64,000 nt of DNA, taken from positions 23,002,001 through 23,066,000 of the forward strand of contig OZ365114.1 in the NCBI GenBank assembly GCA_977030845.1. Direction: 5' to 3'. Under the pieces are notes generated by a model. It was not told the DNA's origin. It searched no databases and saw only the letters and a list, made by a program, of their open reading frames with translations. Numbering within the stretch: the stretch's first letter is position 1; every line of letters begins with the position of its first letter. Both the position numbers and the translations under genes were made by a program. Origin of the DNA: Fimbriosthenelais zetlandica (taxonomy: Eukaryota). This document shows positions 40,301 through 51,964 of the stretch, piece by piece.

Positions 40301-43300
40301 TAGCAATGAAGATCCATTCACCTCCTCCCTGGAGCCAAGCACCTAGCCTGAAACCTTCTCTCCTCTGTTGCCGTTATCACAATTCAATAATGACCTTTCC
40401 ATTTTGATGGATATCAGCATGTGAAATGGCTGGCGTCTGTAGAAGACTTTCCCATCCCTGGCCTTGTACCCATAAATCATGCTTCCTTCGAAGTGACATG
40501 AGGGCAGAGAGAAACTTCTGTTGGTATCTTGTGAACATAATCTTCCTCTGAACGACACCATGAGGAAGACTCTTTTGCTTTGTCGAGCAAAATAAAATGC
40601 ATCGATCCCACCACTCCTGTCCCCAATAGGACCCATCTTTTCTTTCATACTTCCCATTAATCCTGGCTTTTCCCATTTTCCCCATCTTCAACTCATTTCA
40701 AGATCCAGTCAATCCTCGGTGTCTCTCAATCTCATAGCGTTAATGGTCCCCAAATGTTATAGAAATGGTGTGGCCGTTGAGGCACCTCCAGTGCTTCTAG
40801 GTGCCACAGAACGCATACTTTCGGTGTAATTTTCAGTAAACATCTGGCGGCCGCCTTGCCTGTTACTGATCTGTTTACACGGGTTGTGGCGCTCACATTT
40901 GCTCGGAGCCACTCGGGTGGTACGGCCTAGAGCGCGGTGCAGCATGGGTAAATTGGCTGCGTCCCCAAACCTGCAAGCCCCGACACTTGCTACTTACAGG
41001 CGGGCCCTATACTTGTGTTAGGCATCGCATCTTTAAATATTTTGATACTAGGAGGCCTTCAAGAGATGAAGGAAGAATGGAGGGTTCATTTTAGGGACGT
41101 TAGAAGAGGTGCTGGCATGGTTAAACTTGAAATGCGTGTACCCAAAGGCCTATGCCTATTTCAAAATGATGAAGATGTCAAAAGACATGGGAAAGACATA
41201 CAGAGGCGGTGCATAAGTGCCTTCACATATAGTAGAAGGTATAGAAGGGGGAGACTTTGGGAATGAGGGACGCCGGGAGATTGGAAGGGTGCCTTCCACA
41301 TGTACATGTAGTCTCCCACTTCCCGGAGCGTCCACCCAAGTCCTCGACTCTTCCTGTATAAATGTTTAGTTCCAACCGTAGACAGAGTTCCTTCTGCACT
41401 TGAGCTTCGAAAAGTGCGTGTGGGTGCAAGTCCGCACCAGTGTGAAGGGGAAATCTTTTAAAGGGGGTACACTGCTGGCTGCACGGAGGGGTGCTGAAGG
41501 CTGGGGGAGAAGAGGGTCTTGGGGTGGGGGTATTCCAGTGTTCCGGATCCCACTGGTACAATTTCTTCATTTCATGCTTTCCAGTCAAAGACCCTGTAAC
41601 CCTTGACCCAGCGCTCAGCTGAGGTCTGGCTCCCGACCAAATCTCAAACTCTCTCTCAAGGTTCGGCACCACATGTACCAATTCCTCCACCAGCATGGCA
41701 GATCCCACCCAGTCCCATAGAGGATAGTTCTCTAAAAATATCATACTGCATAATCAACACGCGTAAAATATATCTAAATAATAAAATCCACAAAACAAAA
41801 GAGATTCCAACCTATTTCATCACAGAAAAAAAGCCGTTTCCATTGTTGAAATATGGTGTACGTAAAAGAGGGAGAAAAACAGCACACATGCACTTTTGTC
41901 CCATGTGGCTGATGCCCATAACACCCACATCTGCAATGGGTATAGAGAAGACTGATGCCCCGATGGTTAACAGTGTCATATATCCCGCCTCTCCATTGGG
42001 AAATATGGTTTTCTCGGAGGAACCCTAAACCTCAATACTTTTGTTTTTACATCCCATTTTTGCCATTCAGCCTCTGTCTCTAGTGGCTGGGGCGCCACCT
42101 CGTCCCGTGTAGCTTTGCCCTCGGGCTGGGCTTAAACAAACAACAAACACTTAGCTCTGAAATTGAAACTTTTCCCTCTTCTTTTTTCTCCATTTCCTCA
42201 CCAGTATAGGCTGCTAAAGTTTTGGACATGAAAGTCTTGATTTCATAAGTGAATTTCATGTTGTCTGCTGATAAAATATCTTCACACCTACATAATATTT
42301 AAGAGATAACATGAATTTCATAGAAGATGTGAAATTAAAGATACACCCTTTACAGAACTCGTAAAATCTTAATTATGATACAAGCCTGGGCTCCAAGTTG
42401 TGCACTTGTGAATTTACGTAAATGGGCTCAACACTGTCTTGTTCACTCCATAGAACATTTCACACATAGTTTTAAATAGCGCATATAAATCAGGTGTTTC
42501 GTGATTCCCACCCAAAATTCTTTCCATTATTTCCTTATAGGGTCTGGTTTGGATGTCTCAATATCTCTAGTGTTTGGGGGAAAGCATGTTCAAGTTTTAT
42601 TGGTGGACCCAATCAGAGTGTTTCCAACACAAGCTTGCCTTGGGGGCATCTAACGACGTTGTCGGTGGTGTGTTTCCCTCCTATAGGGAAGGATTGAAGC
42701 CATGGGGCCCCATTAAGTATGGCTTACTAACAATGATATAATGGTCCTTTACTCAAATGTTTACAAACATATCACCACCCCAACCAAAACAATCCCAGCA
42801 TCCCCACTGGCAAGTCACGTGCTGGGTGACGTCATCAAATGGATAGCCCTTCCAATCATCATCAGAAGCCCCGGAAGCGAGAGGAAACAAAAATTCATAA
42901 GCAATCTAAGAAGAGGAGGCTGCAAAAATAAATCCAACCTGTAAAAAGAGGGTGTTTGTGGGTGGTGTTGAAATATTCTGAGGGCACACACAGAGAGAAA
43001 AGATGGAGGAACTTAGTTGTGGAATTTGTGTTTAAAACCATCAATCACTATCAACGTCAGTCTCTCTATCATTTTGTGATAAATAAGGACTAAGTATTCT
43101 AGACGTTTCCCCACAACTTTATGCTAACTTAAATTCTTTTATCCTCAGCTCCCGCCAAGTCAAGTCTTTAGGAGAATTACAAATGGTAGTGCATGCCCTT
43201 GGAGAAAGGTTGCATACTCCAGTCGCAGGAAAGGAGAGGTTCATTTCACATAGCTGCAAACCGGCTATTAGTTTCTCTCTGGGTATTATTAATTCAAGGG

Positions 43301-46300
43301 AAAGGTTTTTTAAGAACGAACCGTTTGGAAGAACAAGACCGACATGTACATGCCATGTGCTATATGATCTACATACAGAATATACATCTGCCCAAAGCTG
43401 CAACGTTAAAAAAATACATATCAAGACAGATGATCTCCTACATATGACCATGGAAAAATCATGAACATCTATAAAATACATTCATCCACTTAGATGCATC
43501 CATATATCCAAGCACCCATGGATCCATATAGATCTATGCATCCCTTTTCAAATATTCCCAAATGAATCCGTTGCAACCAAGAGACGATAAGCCTGACAAA
43601 TTCCCCTTGCCAAATACAACCAGTACAGAAAAGAAACATTTTGCTTTGTTATAATACATATCTTCAGCCCATTAGTCGGTCTATGGATCTCTAATACGAA
43701 AGGTCCCTATCTGAGAAAACAGCTCTTTGGTGGATGTTTACATTAGAATCCCCCAGTTTTGATTTCCTTCAATAAGCCGCACATAATGAATGAATGAGTG
43801 AATTGGAGGGAGGAGAAAAGGAGATACTCTCCTGGCACATCAAGGAGGAGGGGGATATAAAGGACGGCCACTCCGCTGGTTTGGCTACAAGTAGTGTCAG
43901 GTTTCCCCATCATTGACAGCGGGCCGAGGGCTTTTGTAGACCTCCGCTGAACAGCCACATCACCGCCTTTCAAAAGAGAGGGGTCTCCGTGCCGCACTGG
44001 GGATAGACTAATAGAAAAGATTTTGGGAGAGAAAAAAGGCGGGGATGTCACTGTCAAGTCATGGGGTGCGACATCCCATGTAAATGGTTGAAGGGAGGGT
44101 GTATGCGGGTGGATGGGATGGGGGACGGTGAAAGAAGGGCGATGTATTAATACGCACTACACAAGGTGCATGGGCCTGCGAGTACAAGACCTAAAGACGT
44201 AAACCACTAATTAATTTATCTAACATTCAAAAAGCAATCCATCAAAAGGCAGGTGTTTGTATGCACCAGCGTGGTGGAGAGGACAATAAGCTAGTGTATA
44301 CTATTTGTAAAGGTCTGTGTATGCCTTTCTGTACAGGTATGTATGTACCCAACAAGTTCTTAGGGCATGGACCCTATATCTAAATCCAAATAATTTCTGG
44401 AATCAGGGTTCTAAGACAAGAGGATACCAAAAATTGGTCAGTATTCTAACTAAAAACTGCATAGAAAATCTACAGTCTCATATCATCTGATTCAGCAATG
44501 ACAACAATATAAGTCCCTAAACACATTGAGAATTGACCTAGAGGTCTCGAGATAAGCATTCTTACCCATTTACATGAATTACTACTCTATAAAGAAAATT
44601 ATTGGTTTCTTGATTCACAAAACAGTAAAGAGCTGAGTAGAGAACAAGCAGATTGATAGTGTCTATAGTCCTATCAAAGCAGGACTAGCTCGTCACAACA
44701 CCTGCCCCTATATTGGTGTATCACTTTCTCCCATTATCTCTATTATCCACTGGTTTTACACTAAATCTGTTACATGCTGCCTCACCCAAGTCAGAAGAGG
44801 TTTATAGCAATATTAAAATGAGGAATGCCATGTAATAGGGCCTATATGAATGTTGATACATCCCGGGAATGAACGGATGAAAGTGGACGGATGAAAGTAG
44901 ATGGATGAATATCAGCCCAAACTCTGAACCCCTTCAAACTCATTCAGATCCATGAGCGAACATAGACGAACAAAACGAACACAGAGAGGTGAGTAATTAA
45001 CATTTGACTTCAGGGTCACAAATAATGACATAAAGTATCTTCAGATCCTGGGCGAATATGTAGACGAGGGGGAACTAATTTCCCCCTCATTCAATTAGTT
45101 TAATTAAGGACCTAATCAGGGTCGACACGGCCAACATAATTGTCATTATTACAAGTAATTACTCTGACTTTGCGAGCATGTTTACCCAAAACAAGATGGC
45201 AAATTATGGGAGGGTAATCATGACAGAGTGTTGATAAGATTTTGTCTTAAAGGTTTCAAGTCTGATGGTAGCAGGATAAGGCAATTATTGTGGATTGGGA
45301 AAAATGGGTCGGTCTTTGATAGATTGCCTATTTCCAGCTATGAAAAATATTTTCGAGGTCTGTCAATACTCCAAAATCTGTCTTATAACGACCAATAGGC
45401 CTAACTTAAAGGGGCTAATCATGGACTGTGTTTTTGATTACAGAGTATTATGTCATAAAGCTATAGGGGTGCGCAGAAGGAAATATCCGGGGCAAGTCTC
45501 AGGTATACCATCCCAAATACACAAACCTGATACTAAAACCACTATCTTCAGAACCAGTACCTTCAGAACGCGTACATAGATCTGATGGTACGATACTGTA
45601 TCTGAAGATACTGGTTCTGAAGTGAGAGTTTTGTTCAGCCTCAGAGGCAGGTTATAAGAAGGAGTGAGACGGGAAAATATCTGTAGGGAAGTGATGTCTG
45701 TTCACACATGGTGACCATTACAGCGACCTATCAGATGAGAGACGCGGCAAAGATTGTGTGTTGTTCCCCAGTTACGACCTCCGAAACCCGACACTAAACA
45801 TCACCATACATAGACGGGAAACTTTCAGCGTTTTGTTTCCAATCATACCCCCTGGGTAGACTTCACGATAATTCGAAGTGTGGGTGAAAATATAATCTCT
45901 TTAACATTTCTAGTAAAATTCAAAAAGAATGAGAAGACAAAAATATTAGTAAAAAAATGTGGATAAAACAATTAATATGAGGTTTGATAGCCAGCGTCAG
46001 GTGACGGCCATGGACAGGCAGGCATGGTAGAATGGTGAGAACTACTCACAATCTGTTAAATTCTGTTAAACGTACAATTCATCTTGACAGGCATAACTGG
46101 TATAGTAATTCATTTTCGATTGGTTATAAAATGAAAATATAGAAGTGATGAATAAGCAAGACCAGGAGGGGAACCATTTAAAATGAAATAACATGAGTAA
46201 TTCAGATTCAATAATGGACGTATATAGGAGGGAAATAGTTAGCATAATGTTACATTGTACATGTATGGATATATTATGTTGGCATCAGGTACATTATAAT

Positions 46301-48210
46301 GTTCTCTCACCTCTGGACCCAGGTCATCATAAATCATAATGGATGGACTGAGGCATCTAGTGTAGAGCTATAAATAGTGTTAACGTACTCTCTACATCAG
46401 AGAAAACTCTCCCTTTTTCTCTCCTTCTCTCTCTGCCCACCATCAAAGTACTCTCTGTGTTAGTGGCCATGTAACCATCACTTTGGTGAGGTCGGGTCAG
46501 AATAAAAACTGTAGTGTACATGTATTAAATCCCAGAGAGAGATATTATAGGTGGAGGAAGGCATCAGTCGCTACTGTTTATTATGCCAATTATTCAGCGT
46601 CACTTTGTAACATTAACCCGTTTTATAACATCCATGATTTGTGGAATGTGTATAATGAATCTGATAAATACTTATATTTATATGGCTAACCAGGCGTATT
46701 TTCTTTTCGGTTTTGGCAGTCGGCTGTATACATGTAAAATATACAGGGTCGAAAAGAAATAGGAGAAATTAATGGTAAAATACCTAAGTGAATTAGCATC
46801 CGCATATGCTGTGCGAAAGTTGCACTTGCATGATGACCATAAATTTGTAGCAGGGACAATTGTATTTTCTCTGGGAGCATGTGTGAGTGAACATGTAAAG
46901 GTGGGTGCATGCATGTGTGACACATGGTCATAATGAGTGGGTTGTGGTCACAAAGAGAGAGGGCCATGGGATGAAGCACAGCCATCCGCCCGGACCCTCA
47001 CAGTCGGATGGGCTGACCACCCAGGCAGCCAGGCGGAACTCAGGCCAGCAGGGCTGGGCTTCTCCCCCTCCACCACAGTCACACAACACACAGACACCCT
47101 CATAGCCTTTATCTATGGTCAGATTGACACGGCAAAATGAATTACAGTTATCTGAAAATAGTGGAAATAACTGACATAGGGAAATGAATTAGAGTTGGGA
47201 GGACACGGAAATATACTTAAACGGGTTACAGTTATCTACACATGGTGCCCATACAAATCTTTGGTATTTCGAGATAAACAATTAATTGGGGGTGTGCGCA
47301 TTTTTTTTTTGGTGATATTTCTTAGGAAAATGATTATCTTCTGACAAAACTTTATCAAATAATATGGACATTTTCCATTGAGAAAATTACATTAGGAGCT
47401 CAGTTTTGAACTCTGAAATCAATTATTCGCGCGTGCTGAGAAATTGTAACTGGAATTCTGGCAAACGCCATGGAGGAAAATTATTAATTTGTATACGAAA
47501 TGCTCTAGCTAATTTCACAATGTGACTTCCATTGAAATAAAGTTTTTTTAGAAAGAGAACGAACAAAACAATACTGTACCCCTCAATACAATGTTGACTT
47601 GAATCAGTGTTTTCTAGTTGGTGAATAATACCAGCGTTCTCGTTAATGTCAGAGTAACGTTACAACATGACATGTCTGGGTCATTTAAAGTCCTCAACAC
47701 ACACCGTACTTCATCATGGTACCTACTATTGTACTCTCATACTTTTCTGGAAAATTACCTGTTTTAACACACCAATTGAATCACACCATATAAATGCCCG
47801 GAAAACCATACTTTCATGGTTACCTTTAATGTTAGGTAGCTTGAGGATATGGCGATGGTTGGTGCAGCTATTAAATGACAAACATTCGCCTGTATTCGCG
47901 CAAAAAATTCCAATGACGTTCCGGAAACATTTGTCGCGTTTTGCGGCAGACGACATATTATCAGAGACGCTCGAATTTTTTTCGTTCTCGCGCGCGCGCG
48001 TCCGCGGGGGTCGTCTGCCAGGAGGAATTCCAAAACTAGTTCTGCAATGTTGTATACATTATAAGTGGAAAAGGAAACTGAGGGAAGAGAAGGGGAACTT
48101 GGTGATACTTACAGCCATTTGATAGCGTGAGTCTGATGATAAGCGAAGACATGGAGTAGAAGGGTAAGGAATAGTCCGAGCACTGGCCCGGAGAGTCGTC
48201 GTAGTCTCAT
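1154..48210 (-). CDS. wnt11: Wnt11 family secreted ligand, 4 coding exons in window (3' end lies beyond the left edge)
   Basis: Exons 48210-48113, 16130-15892, 9904-9627 and 1309-~1154 join in frame through GT-AG sites (phases 2, 1, 0). Product: [49 protein letters not shown]...RWNCSS...[15 protein letters not shown]...FKWGGCGDD...[45 protein letters not shown] and QV.LC...LELM match the Wnt11 subfamily from recalled vertebrate WNT11. Confidence 0.93.
4179..4198 (+). promoter_or_regulatory. Triple nuclear-receptor half-site array (overlapping DR1 elements)
   Basis: GGGTCA-A-AGGTCA-A-AGGTCA in Wnt11 intron 3. Confidence 0.5.
9627..9904 (-). CDS. wnt11: Wnt11 coding exon 3
   Basis: Acceptor ttttcag, donor AAG|GTCAGT. 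Encodes [26 protein letters not shown]...CSCG...FKWGGCGDD...HNLAAGRK. Confidence 0.95.
10258..10306. mobile_element. 34-bp hairpin flanked by 7-8-bp direct repeats (possible minimal transposon relic)
   Basis: CTTACAT-[CAACGAGTATGGAA aactca TTCTATACTCGTTG]-CTTACAT. Confidence 0.45.
15892..16130 (-). CDS. wnt11: Wnt11 coding exon 2
   Basis: Acceptor ttttcttttgcag, donor GAG|GTTAGT. Encodes [16 protein letters not shown]...[27 protein letters not shown]. Confidence 0.95.
20370..20386 (-). promoter_or_regulatory. CTCF-consensus motif
   Basis: Minus strand CACCAGCAGGGGGCAGT matches the CTCF core CCASYAGRKGGCRS. Confidence 0.55.
30571..30588 (-). promoter_or_regulatory. CTCF-like motif next to a G-quadruplex-forming tract
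   Basis: Minus strand TGGCCAGCAGGGGGGATG, with a G-run cluster at 30528-30559. Confidence 0.4.
32716..32786. repeat. 20-bp exact direct repeat, 51-bp period
   Basis: aagtaacatccaagtgagca at 32716-32735 and 32767-32786. Confidence 0.85.
37842..37957 (-). CDS. Candidate alternative first coding exon of Wnt11 ([38 protein letters not shown])
   Basis: gacATGG Kozak, 38 codons + GC, consensus donor GTGAGT (37841-37836). Phase 2 is the same as true exon 1. About 15 CpGs in 140 bp; Inr-like TCAGTT at 37991-37986. No expression evidence. Confidence 0.35.
45546..45622. repeat. 22-bp inverted repeat (foldback hairpin, 21/22 complementary)
   Basis: cttcagaaccagtaccttcaga (45546-45567) pairs with tctgaagatactggttctgaag (45601-45622). 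Confidence 0.85.
47989..48000. repeat. (CG)6 alternating tract, Z-DNA-prone
   Basis: cgcgcgcgcgcg in the CpG-rich start of Wnt11 intron 1. Confidence 0.85.
48113..48210 (-). CDS. wnt11: Wnt11 coding exon 1 (signal peptide)
   Basis: Good Kozak context (ccgccagcATG). 32 codons + CT, then GTAAGT donor. Hydrophobic core [15 protein letters not shown], ending in IKW as in vertebrate WNT11. Phase 2 matches exon 2. Confidence 0.92.
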
Positions 48211-48465
48211 GCTGGCGGTATGAGGGGCGAGCGTCTGCCGGCCAGGCGACCGACACCTACCGGCACATGCGACGGCCGATTACTCTGTCTCTCTACCCTA
48301 CCTACACGTACATCCAAAGTCAGGCGGGCCTTCACAGCCCCTCTATCCAGCCCTCAACAATCAGAGTCAAAAGAGTTAATCTTCAGTGAGAAAATAGCGT
48401 GATGACTATAAGAAGTATATTCAACTTTCTTCTATGCTATTTTCCAATTGGTGACTTTCCAATTA

Positions 48466-48479
48466 GATTTATATAAATC
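48466..48479 (-). promoter_or_regulatory. Putative Wnt11 TATA box within a perfect 14-bp palindrome
   Basis: GATTTATATAAATC about 260 bp upstream of the Wnt11 ATG, just above the CpG-rich 5' region. Confidence 0.4.
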
Positions 48480-48839
48480 CCATAGAATAAAGTTACTTTG
48501 GAGTGGGGAGCTCGAATTTGATTTTCAAATCAAAAGTTGGTTTGTGTCTCAGGGGTTGTAAAGTGCGGGAGTCTAGTAGTAGAGGAGTAGATACGTCAGT
48601 TTGTCTGGTTTATGGGGTATATATCCCTGCCTCTTGTTTATGCTCATATCACACACACCAGACTGATGGCTGGCTAGTATAAAAGTGGTCCATAACCAGA
48701 TATCATGTGTTTAATAGAGCCACTCTATGGGGTTTTCAGGCTTCATGTGGAGTCTGTCGGCTGAAAATTGGCAGCTTTTTAAGCACTGTCAGACTGATAT
48801 GATGATGGTCAGGTTTTTGTCATGAGGATGAGTGAAAAG

Positions 48840-48930
48840 AGCAAGGTGGGAGGGAGAGGGATGGAAAGGAGAGAGTGATGATGGAACAGAGAGAGAGAGA
48901 AAGGGATAAGGAGAGATGGAGTAGGAAGAA
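48840..48930. repeat. Purine-rich GA tract including a (GA)n microsatellite
   Basis: ggagggagagggatggaaaggagagag...gagagagagagaaaggga upstream of Wnt11. Confidence 0.7.
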
Positions 48931-51900
48931 GCTGGTAGATCAGTGTTGGGGTTTCCTCCTGGGGAGTGGAGAAATCAGAGCTCTTGTCTAGGGGGTGGCA
49001 ATCAGATGCACTTCCAGTACCTACTCTGTGGTAGGCGGGACCCTCCTGGGTTTTGCTTCTCCTGCAGTCTCCTCTCTAAACTTCTCCTACTTTTACCTTA
49101 CACCCAAACCTTCCTCCTGTGTGCTCGTTAATCCCCTCACACCAGGTGCAACAGCGGGATAATTCAGAGATAATCCAGAGAGATAATCCCGACCTGATCA
49201 CCCGCTCCTCTTAAGTGAAAACTGATCAGCAGTAATGCTAATTTTATGAGTTTTTTTCTATGAATCCACCCACAAATCCGATACTGGGTATGTACTTATT
49301 GTATAGGTTCCACTTGATTTTATAAATGAATACCTTGTATTCCCTTCAATGAAAATCTCATAAAAGAACACAGGTATTTGTCAAAGTTAGGTCCCGTCTT
49401 ATTAAGGTCCTTCTAGGCGGCACACAACACCTCTTCTTCCCGTGAGAGTCAACTGTCTATGGCCGGACTTCTAACCAACACAGGCAGTGAAGGTAGAGAG
49501 GTGGAGAGAGAACACAACACCTCTCCCCTTTCACTCTTCAACAGTGCCTCTTGTTCATACAACAACTGTTCTCTGCCGACTCCTGCACACCTTACTCCCA
49601 GAAAGGATGGAGCCAGCCAGGTAAGCTCCTGGCTCCACGCTTCTTTTTGCTTGTTGAGAACTAATTAGTTCCACCACCAAACAAAAGTGGGTATTTGGTC
49701 CTATGGTAAGTGTTACCAGTACATGTGTATTATCTCTACCGAGTCCTGTCTGCAGTCCCGGACACCAGTCAGGGTCTGTGGAGGGCCTGTGGAAATATGG
49801 CCCAGTACTAGTAAAGTATCCCGAGAAACACAGATCAAACTTCCCTCCCCGGCACAGGTGCGCCCTCCTCGGTAGATACATGTACTAAAAGCCCTAAAAG
49901 TTACAACAACATGTCTATTACAAAGTACATTGCTTCACGCCATGCAGACTCCAGAGAAGCGAATGTGTTCAGAAGAGATTCGAGATCAAACTAGAACAAT
50001 TGAAAAGTTCAAAATATGGACATAAACAGTTACTCTGCTCATACATTGTGTCTTTTACAGCTGTCATTTAACCAGGCAGGGGACATTGGATCATTGCATA
50101 TATTTGAGTAGGGCCTACGCCTAAGGACCTATATAGATAGGTCTTGCATTGAAGTCTTATAGTAATTATTGATCTATACGTGTGGTTTCATAGTCACCTG
50201 AGAAAATCACGCCAAGATTATATACATATAGACTTTCAAAGGAAACATTTTGGCTTGCAATGAATCACGGTCCAATGAATTGACCAAGCCGTCAGTCCGC
50301 AGTATAGGCCTACGGGACAGAAATCCTACAGCAGGTCCGATATGCAGATAGATTCAGTTGGTTCACCACATTTAGACAAAACTTTACAACTTAATTGCTC
50401 CTCTAAATTTGTGGTCTGGGAAAACACGAGGGAGTCTAATAGACTATAAGAATACATTCTCAGTTAGGCCGCAACTTTACAACTCACTTAAAATATCAAT
50501 GGGGTATGTTATTGTAATAGGGTGCCCTAAACCTGATGTCATTTCTTTATCTTTTCCTTATACGTAGGCTGTAAGAAATTTGAAATGCATTTTCATTTCT
50601 CAAAGTATGAGGGCCCCAGAATATTCCCACAAAGGAAACACGGAAATGCTATAACTCAAGGAACCATTCTGGATTTTCGCATGCAGAGACGGTATGTATC
50701 CCTGACGTCATTATAATAGGCCTACCCAGTGATCTTGACGTCACCTATATTGGAGCTTTGAGTTATGGCTCCCACGCCAGTCACCGGATGTGGCGGCGGA
50801 AATAGGCACTACCCGCAGGCCAATCAGGCCGCTTGGCTCTTTAAATTGCATCGAGATGGATGTCCACTGATATCCATACAAGATCGGTGTATGTATGAAA
50901 ATCCATGAGCAATTCATGGACTTAATTCATGAGCAATTCCTGACCAGAGCAAAGGTCGACCGCTTGGTATCAGTAGTGGGTGGGAAGTGAAGGCTTTATG
51001 TGATGTCCCATTCTCTGATTACTGATACGACACAAGTAATGCCCCGAGGAAATTGACTGAAGGTTCCCCAGAGAATACAAGAAAGGGAAGTTGACCATGC
51101 AGTGTTGCAGTGCAGCTATTTTAGACATTTTCTAGTTAAGCTAATTACGGGTACAACATTACTCACATCTAGTACAAATCAGATATGGTGTAACATGGAA
51201 TAATAGGATAGAAATAGAGAATTCTAACCTCATAAAGGGTCATAAAATGTGGTTTTTGAAGACATAAAGACTGTCTGGGGAAGCAGTAAAGTCCCGGACT
51301 TTACAGTGGAAATGTAACACTTCTATCAACCATCCAGCACCTATGGTCCGAAGGCCTGACAAGAGAAGGTGCAAATTGCCTGCCTTTACATAGAGGGTCG
51401 AAATTGACCATGATTGACCAATCATGTCACTTGTTACAGACTCTTCTAAAAGCCTTCTCTTGTTCCGAGACGTAATGAGTGGACGAAAAGAGAAGAGGTC
51501 CTCTCTTCTAAGTTGAGTTGATTTAAAACCCAGCAGAGTGTAGCCTAATCAACCCTCTTTTAAAATCATTCTATTTTAGGGATGCGGTTGTGTCAGATGG
51601 TTCTAGTATAAAGCAATAAATGAATCCAGCTTTGACAAAAAGCAACTTATATTCATTTCGCTGCAAACGATTAGTTTGGAAAATTTCAAAACGGACGATT
51701 CTTTCCTGGAAAGTTTCCAAATGAGTAGGCATCAACCCATTGAATTCTCTGAAGGTATAATAATGATGTTATGGTTGGCCTAATTAAAGGAGGAAGGACA
51801 GAGGCTGGGCAATGGATATAAAATATAATCTGCATCCCAGAAACCACAGTAAATCAATTTAAAATTTAAATCATGGGGCTGTGGGGTCGGAACATGTATT

Positions 51901-51964
51901 TAATTAAACCAACATCATCATTAAATCAACATCTGGGACTACTTTCAGAAGGAAGATATTACCC

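Noticed and set aside
40990-41030. Consensus minus-strand donor CCT|GTAAGT with nearby ATGs
   Set aside because: The ATG-initiated frames either stop or end in phase 1, out of frame with exon 2.
41223-41744. 173-aa minus-strand ORF in Wnt11 intron 1
   Set aside because: No recognisable motif or splice linkage; about one ORF of this length is expected by chance in 64 kb over six frames.
47667-48122. 151-aa plus-strand ORF antisense to the Wnt11 5' end
   Set aside because: No domain resemblance; explained by the GC-rich, stop-poor CpG region.
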